A stretch of DNA of 64,000 nucleotides, taken from the NCBI GenBank assembly GCA_008632985.1, contig QPGO01000034.1, forward strand, positions 325,311 through 389,310, read 5' to 3'. Position numbers and translations under genes: made by a program. The notes under the pieces were generated by a model, which had not been told where the DNA came from, did no database searches, and worked only from the letters and a program-made list of their open reading frames with translations. This DNA is from Psammoneis japonica (lineage: Eukaryota). This document shows positions 57,250 to 64,000 of this stretch, one piece after another; the first letter of the stretch is position 1, and each line of letters begins with the position of its first letter.

Positions 57250-60200
57250 GGGGCTTGATCATGGCCACCCAGCTCACAATCTGCAAAGTGCCGCATGACA
57301 TGTGGTCCTCCAATGAATCCACACAAACTGCCTCGTCTTTTGCGAGACGTCCCTGTCTCTTGTTGCAAATGGCAGCAAGTTTGGCCTTGGTGGTGCATCA
57401 TTGAGAAGATTTCCAAGAATCCACATTGTGTCCGTGAATGTGCTTGTTGTGTCTTTCCTGCAGTTCCCACCATGAGTGCCACACATGTGATCCAATCTCA
57501 ACTGCCCATGCCAGGGGAGGGCAATTTTTTTTGCAGCATTGCTCCAACAAACCTGACTTGCGTAAGTGCACCTCTTGAAAAGTGTTCCACAAGGAGGAGC
57601 ATCAGCCGTTGAAACTCTGTTGCCATCCAATGCTGGTCTGTGCCTGCCACAATGAGCAGAGCATTGGGAGCACGTCGGCTGCACACATCACCCTGCCATG
57701 GAGCCACACTTCCAAGGAAGAAAGAAGAAGATCTTGCAGGGGAGGCATGGCGTCAATCTTGTCACAGCACTTGTGCAATCCCTGAAGAAAGGTGCATCTC
57801 CAGTGTCCTCCATTGGGCTCTTGCATGACAGGCAATGGTGAGGGCAGATGGGGTTGCATCTCTGGGCCATCTTGTTGCTGGTGGTCAGCAAGAGCTCATG
57901 GATCAATTTGACTGTGGACACATGTTGTTCAGAAAAACATTTGACAAGGGCAGCATGAATGTCCCAGTCAATCTGCAACATCATGGTGTCATCCCATTGG
58001 CTTCTCTCCTGTGTGCAGTTCATGAGAGCAGGGGCCATTGCTGCACACCAGACCAAGGCTTTGAGGCCAGCCGTTGCAGTGCCATCTGAGAGAGAAAGGC
58101 AGGCTTGGCAGTGTGGGAAGGGAATGACTGTGGTTGCATCCTCAGAGATTTGTGTCTGATGCCGGCCAGCCAGTCTGTCAGCCTGGTTGTTTGCTCTGGC
58201 ATTCAGAGGCAGTGCTGCAACTGGGGATTGCCAGCCTTGATGTCTTTTGACCCACTCAATGGGAGGAACTTGCCCTTGGGAAGAGCAGCCCAGCAACTCT
58301 TGAATTTCCACAGTTGTCTGAAGCATCTCGTTTGCAACATCCCAATCTGAGGACAACACATTGGCACCATGATGGCAATGCAGCAATCTTTGTCTTGGTT
58401 GTCTTGAACACTGGAGTCAATGGAAGGGCAGGAAGAATGCAATTGCTGCAGCACTTTGACTGAGGTGCCTTGTCATCTCACCAGTTTTCCAAACCTTGAC
58501 AGTCAGAAACTTTGCAATGCTCAAGAATGTGAGACAGAAATCGCAGAATTGATGGAACATCACATGCTTCTGCATGGTGAGAAGATGGTGACATGCTGAA
58601 AATGGGGCTGGCACAGTCAACCAGTGGAGTGCCCTGAATTGTGATTGTCCATCCAAAAGCAGCCTGCTGGTGAAAAAGGGAGCCATTGCTGCTGGCAGCA
58701 AGACTGCCAGTTGTCAAAAGGTCAATCAGGGAATTGAGGGGCACATGAAGAGTCACCTCCCTAAAGAGAGCTGATTCCCATCAAGGCAAAGCTTGCAGGT
58801 GATCTTGGAAGAAGTCCGAAAGAGGCAGTTGTCATTCTGGTGCCAGACCAGTGCAATGTGGAGTAAATGGCCAGAAGCCTTTTTGGGAAGTGCACATTTC
58901 CACAGGGAACAAGTCTTCGGAAGGATTGGGAACAGTCTCCAATGGAGACATTGTTTCTGCCACGGTCACACCTGAGACAACTGGAGAGATGTCATGGCCA
59001 GTTGGGGAGCAGACGTTTGGGCGAGTTTGGGAGGAGAGAAGCACGCTCCAGCACTCATTCTCATCTGAGAAGTTGGAGCCAGCCAGTCACCCAGCAGATC
59101 ACGCAGAACCGTGGAGTCCGGGTGGCACAGAGACTCACACAGGTGGATCCATGGAAGCCATGCTTGATGGCAAGGTTTTTCTTGTTTGACATTGTTGAGC
59201 ATGCTTGTGCTGCTGAGACAGGCAAAATTTCCATGTGTTTTTGATTCATTGAGTTGCAGCCCACAGGCAAGAGTGATGTCAGACATGGTGAGAACCTTGA
59301 GGTGCATTTGGCAACAATTTGTCCACCAGATGTCTTGCACTGAGAAACAATCAGAGTCCAGAGCCACACCCATTGTGCGTTGGTCATTGTTCCTTTGGAG
59401 GGGGAGGACCCCATCATTGGATGAATGAATCATGCCATCCACATGGTGCAAGAATGACCAAACAGAGGTAAACCACAGGGATTTGCACTGTGGTGAGGAG
59501 TGCTTGCATCCAACAGAAAACTGACACCTGTGCCCACTTGCTGCTGAATCCAAGAAATGGCAATGTGCACAGCTTTGCAAGGTTGATCATTGGTCAAAAG
59601 TGCCTGGGCACCTCTGGCATGGTGCAGAAGTTGTTGCATCTGTGCCACCCCCTGCTTGACATCCAGCAACCTGGATCCTCCTCTGCCCAGAGATTGACGC
59701 CTGAAGAGCACAATTCATTTTGTGTTGCAGTTGCATCCGCACTTGGCAAAAATGACTCTCATTGCACATTGTTGGATTTTCAAAAGCTCCTTCATGGCAA
59801 AGTGGGAGTTGGCCAGGACAAATGTGACAGACGGCAAATGACACGCACGACAACACCTCCATGACTCGACTCGATCCAGTGGAGCTGACCTGATGAACAG
59901 GGCTTTCTCATTGCTCTTTGCCTTGAGCACTTGAAGCTGTTTCTTCAGCTGGCCAAGGGCAACAGACAAGAAAGACCAAGCATCTTGTGGGGTGCAAACA
60001 AGGGCAATTGGATGCTGCATTGCAAAGCAGAGCAGTCAGCAGAAAAAATTCAACATCAAGGTCATTGTTGCAAGGCCAAAGACTCAGCTCTCCGAATTCC
60101 AAAAACACCCACTCAGTGATGTGGAAGGAGCATTTAAGGAGCTCTGGCTCATGGCCACTGGCATGCAGCAAATCACACCACAATTCTTGGTTGTCATGTT

Positions 60201-63200
60201 TGAGATGCAGGGCCAGTTCATCCGCTGGGGGCTGAGGAGACACACAGAAATCATTCACCTGTTTAGAGGTGTCATTGACGCAACCCCGCACAAAGATGCA
60301 AAGCTGCTGTGAGCTGTCCGGAGATTCAAAGAAAGCCCCATGAGCTTTGGAATCAAAAATGTCAAATGGCAAGCTGCACAGATTGTTCCAACAAAAGGAG
60401 GAGCTGCCACTTCCTTGGCCCATTCCACAAATGGGGTGCTCTGAGCAGTGAGAGTGGAGTTCTGCTGCTGTGCCCAAAAGAGTGAGTGACCAGCATCTTG
60501 CCAGATGAATGGTCTGAATGGCAGCTGCAACTTCCATTGGATCCATGCCCCCAAGCTTGCTGAGATGACAGCCATGAGAGCCGGAATGTTCCAGTTGTGC
60601 AGTTGGCAATGTTCCATGTGCTGTGTGCAAAAGCACACCATTTGATGCTCACAATCAATTGGAAGTCTGCCTTGCAGCTCTGAATGACACGCAGATGGTG
60701 GATTTTGTTGTTGCCTGGCTCTTTGAAAAAATCACAATGTTCACCATGTCATGCCATCTGTCATTTGAGCAGCCCCATTTCAGTGCACAGTTCAACAGAT
60801 TCAGATGGATTGCCTGCAGAGTCTCTTGCATTTGGTCCAACTCAATGCACTGGAACAATGACTCAAACAGAAAGTTGTGAACAATGCCCACATCAAGGCA
60901 GCAGCATGGAATGGCAATGAGAGCAGGCACATCTTTGGAGTGCTGCTTGGCACCAATCAAGACATTCAGCCTGTTGTTTGGATCAAGACATTGCCTTCAT
61001 TTTTGGATGCCAAAAGCCTGCTCCCAGTCATTGCCCAGCCAGAGAAGCAAGCATGGTTTGCCACTCTGCCACACTGAAGCTGCTTGCTGCTCCAGGATTC
61101 CTCAGCTGGGTTGTTTTCTTGACTCTTGCAGTCTTGCTCCACTCAAACTGATCATGGCTCATTGCAAAAATTAAAACATGGACAAGTTTTGCCAATTTTG
61201 ATGCCAGCACTGGGGGTCTTCTTTGGATTGCAGCCACACAGAAACCCTTTCTGGAATGCTGGAGGCTGCCAAGTGTGAAAGCCTGACATTGTTGGAGAAG
61301 TGTTTGGAAAGTGAGCCAAGGGTGGTGGTCACATGCAAAAAGGCACCAGCCAAGGAGGTCAGGGCTGTCATGCAAGTGTTGTCATTCTGGGAAAGCTCAG
61401 CACCTTGTGGACCCTGTTTGACTTAGACTGGGACAAAGCTGAAGTTTGTCATGCTGGAACCAAGCAAATGCAAGGGGACAATCAGTGAGTGCTCTCCAGA
61501 GCCTTCTTGCATGCATTTTGTGCCTGAGAGCCATCTCATGAGACAGGCATTCTTTCAAATTTATGTCACAGAAACTGCACTGGTTTTGTGTGCACAGGCT
61601 GCATGTTTTAGCACCAGGTGCAAAAATGCATGTGAACCTCTGCAGATGGGTCCCCCCATGATTGCAGCATTCTGCCATAAAAATGACCAGCATTGACTCC
61701 TGCATCAAGACTGCAAAGAACTCTTGTTTGTCATGTGCTCAACATTGGCACTCTCCCATTGGGTCCCCACACTTTGTTTTGCACCAGAGGGCTGGTTGAG
61801 AGCCAATCAGCAAACCCTCACATTTTTCCTTTCTTGTCTCTCCTGGCAGAAACTCCATGGGCAAGACTGTCAGATTTGCAGCTTGCAATGCTGCACAGTG
61901 GTGCAATGAGTGCAGAGGAAGCTGTTTTTTTCACTGGTTCTTCACAATTTTAGACCAAAAAAGTCACTCCAGACCAAAGGGGAAGGTGGCCAGCACAGCT
62001 CAAATTTGTGCTCTCAACTCTCCATGATGGGCTGCAAAAAGGTTGACTCCAACTCTCTGGCAATTCCGAAAAATTCCCCAGAGAGATTTGCAGATGGCTT
62101 GCTGACAGCCTGTCTCATTGACATGCCAAGCCAAGCCCAGAGCTCTGTTTCACTCTTGTCAGAGGAGTGTGCACTGCTGCTCTTTTGTGAAAAAAAAGAG
62201 TGAAGTGTGACTTCATTTGGACAAGCACCAGAGTCATGGAGCAGGGCCAAGCTTGAGCACAAAACACTGTTGGCCTGCCAATCATCTTGGCAGATCTCAG
62301 CTTGACAAGTGACAAACATGTCAGACCATGTGGGCTGGGAGTTCCAAGCACACAACTGCTGTGCCAAAGTGAGAGAACTTGGGGTGCCAGAGAGTGACCA
62401 ACACTCTGGCTGCTGGGCTCACTTTCAGGTTTTGACATCTTCTTTTGATGCCGAGGTCCCCCAAAGAATGTGAGAGCTGCAAAACTGAAACAAATGTTGT
62501 CCCACCCAGCCAGTGTGGGCAGCAAGCTGATGGCAGCCATTGCTGCAGCTCAGTGCAACAGGCATGAGGGTGGAAAAGCACTGTGATCAAAGTTGACAAT
62601 GTGCCAGTTTCCTCAGCTGCAGCAAGCTCTTGAGTGTGCCTTCTTTGACAAACTGCAATCTCAAGAGAAAAAATTGCAGTCTTTCTGCCTCACATGACAA
62701 AAAGCAGGAGAGACAGCACCCCAAAGTCAATGACAATGTGGCAGGCAACAGACTGTGTCACAAAGAGATCTGTGTGGCTGGACAGCTGCCAGGTGTGATG
62801 CAGCTGCATGATTCCCTGCCCCTTGTGCTTCTCTCTCAATGACCAGTTTGCATGTTCTCTTGGGTGGTGTGCACAGCAAGGCACAAAGCAGAGCATGTTG
62901 ATGTCTTTTGTTTGTGCCCATGTTGTCATTCACAGAAGTGCTCCCAAGCAAGCCATGAAGTGCAGAGTTTGCTGCAAAGATTTGCACACCAAGCCCCTCC
63001 CTTTTTGTCACACACAAAAAAATGGTTTTGACCCATTCAACTGCTTTTTGACTCACTCAGTTGACATCCTCCTTTTTTGTTTACAAGCACTCATGAACAA
63101 GAAAATTGAAACACCTTTTTTGTGGAAAAGAAAACCTCACAAAAACACATTCATTCTTCTTGCTGTGTGCAAAACACACATGTGATGACCATTGTCACTT
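57250..63200 (-). mobile_element. Highly degenerate non-LTR retrotransposon with RT and RNase H (Ambal-like)
   Basis: RT: PICGMGQGSGSS..CW, GCVNDT, LLHASG..ELLKCSF. RNase H: AASSNGS..AAFGW, IEWVKRHQ, NNQADRLA. C-terminus: IDWD, CLSCK, IGWQQ, WELQERHNKHIHG. 5' limit uncertain. Confidence 0.8.
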
Positions 63201-64000
63201 GCGATGATGCACTGGCACAAAAAGTGTTTGTCATCATCTCACAATGAACACACATGGAAATGCACAAACTCTGCCTCACAGTTGTCAAGTGACTGTGCAG
63301 CAACAAAGCAGAAGAGCCTTGTGACCCACCAAAAAGTGAGAAGCAGTGAAAGCCAAAAGAGGTGGGTGCTTGTGTGGGCCACAATGGCACCTGCCACCAC
63401 TGGCATCTCAAGATGATGACATGGTGCAACATGGGTCATGTTGAGCCTCCAAATGTTCTTGGCTGCTGTGCAGAGCTCCAGAAAAAGTTTGCAAGAGGCC
63501 CAGGTTGTCACAGGCACAATTTGTTGAGCTTGCCAAAATGTGTGAGGACTCTGATTGTTTTCACAGATGAAAAGAGGGTGGTGCACAGGATGCTTGCAGG
63601 GTGGAAGACACTCCACTGAGATTGTTGCCACTTCCTGTGCCTCAACACCTTGGATGTGGGTGGGCATCAATCAACCTGTTAGAAGCCACAGCTGTTGCTG
63701 AAGGAGCTGTGAGAGAGTGTTCTTTCATTTTTTCACAGAGTTTGGCTCAACCACACGATGTGAAAAATTTCTTTTGATGCCCACTGACTCTGACAATGCC
63801 TGCAAACACACAAAAAAAACTGAGGTCAATGGATTTCCTGTTGTGCTGTGGGTTCAACCAATGTGAAGGAGAGTCCTTGTCAGCACTTTCAGGCAGCCTG
63901 CTAGGTTGAATGACAAGAGTCTCTTGTGCTCTTTGGTGAGTTCTGGATGACATCATCTTTGAGCTGTGCAGCTGTGGTGAGTGTGGAAATGTTGCAAAAC

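Noticed and set aside
8880..64000. Hundreds of overlapping Cys/His/Met-rich ORFs in the three transposon blocks
   Set aside because: By-product of TAA/TAG loss and TG/CA excess; not credible genes.
1..64000. tRNA or rRNA genes
   Set aside because: None recognised by eye. The tRNA-like 11-mer near 40380 is interpreted as a primer-binding site.

Overview
Eukaryotic nuclear DNA, most likely from a diatom (compact GT-AG-intron genes; CoDi-type Copia, tyrosine-recombinase retroelement, Crypton and RNase-H LINE remnants). Gene-dense blocks (about 1-8.8, 14.5-30.5 and 53.1-57.0 kb) alternate sharply with three transposon blocks (about 8.9-14.3, 30.6-53.0 and 57.1-64 kb). Host genes include a PHD-PWWP protein, an EEF1AKMT4-like methyltransferase, a PhyH-like dioxygenase, an H15-domain protein, a RING E3, a MATH-ankyrin-PCIF1-like fusion, two syntaxins, DOHH, a Tom22-like protein, an amidohydrolase and an M3 peptidase. 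The main signal is that the transposon blocks have almost lost the TpA dinucleotide, converted to TpG or CpA on both strands. All 9 mismatched sites between the two LTRs of a young Copia fit an ancestral TpA, while 21 CpGs are shared unchanged, and conserved tyrosines of its polyprotein read Cys or His. This suggests a repeat-targeted, DNA-level TpA hypermutation process, analogous to fungal RIP but in the opposite direction. It needs confirming with orthogonal reads, because the assembly also shows indel errors. All counts and homology calls are by eye; no searches were run.
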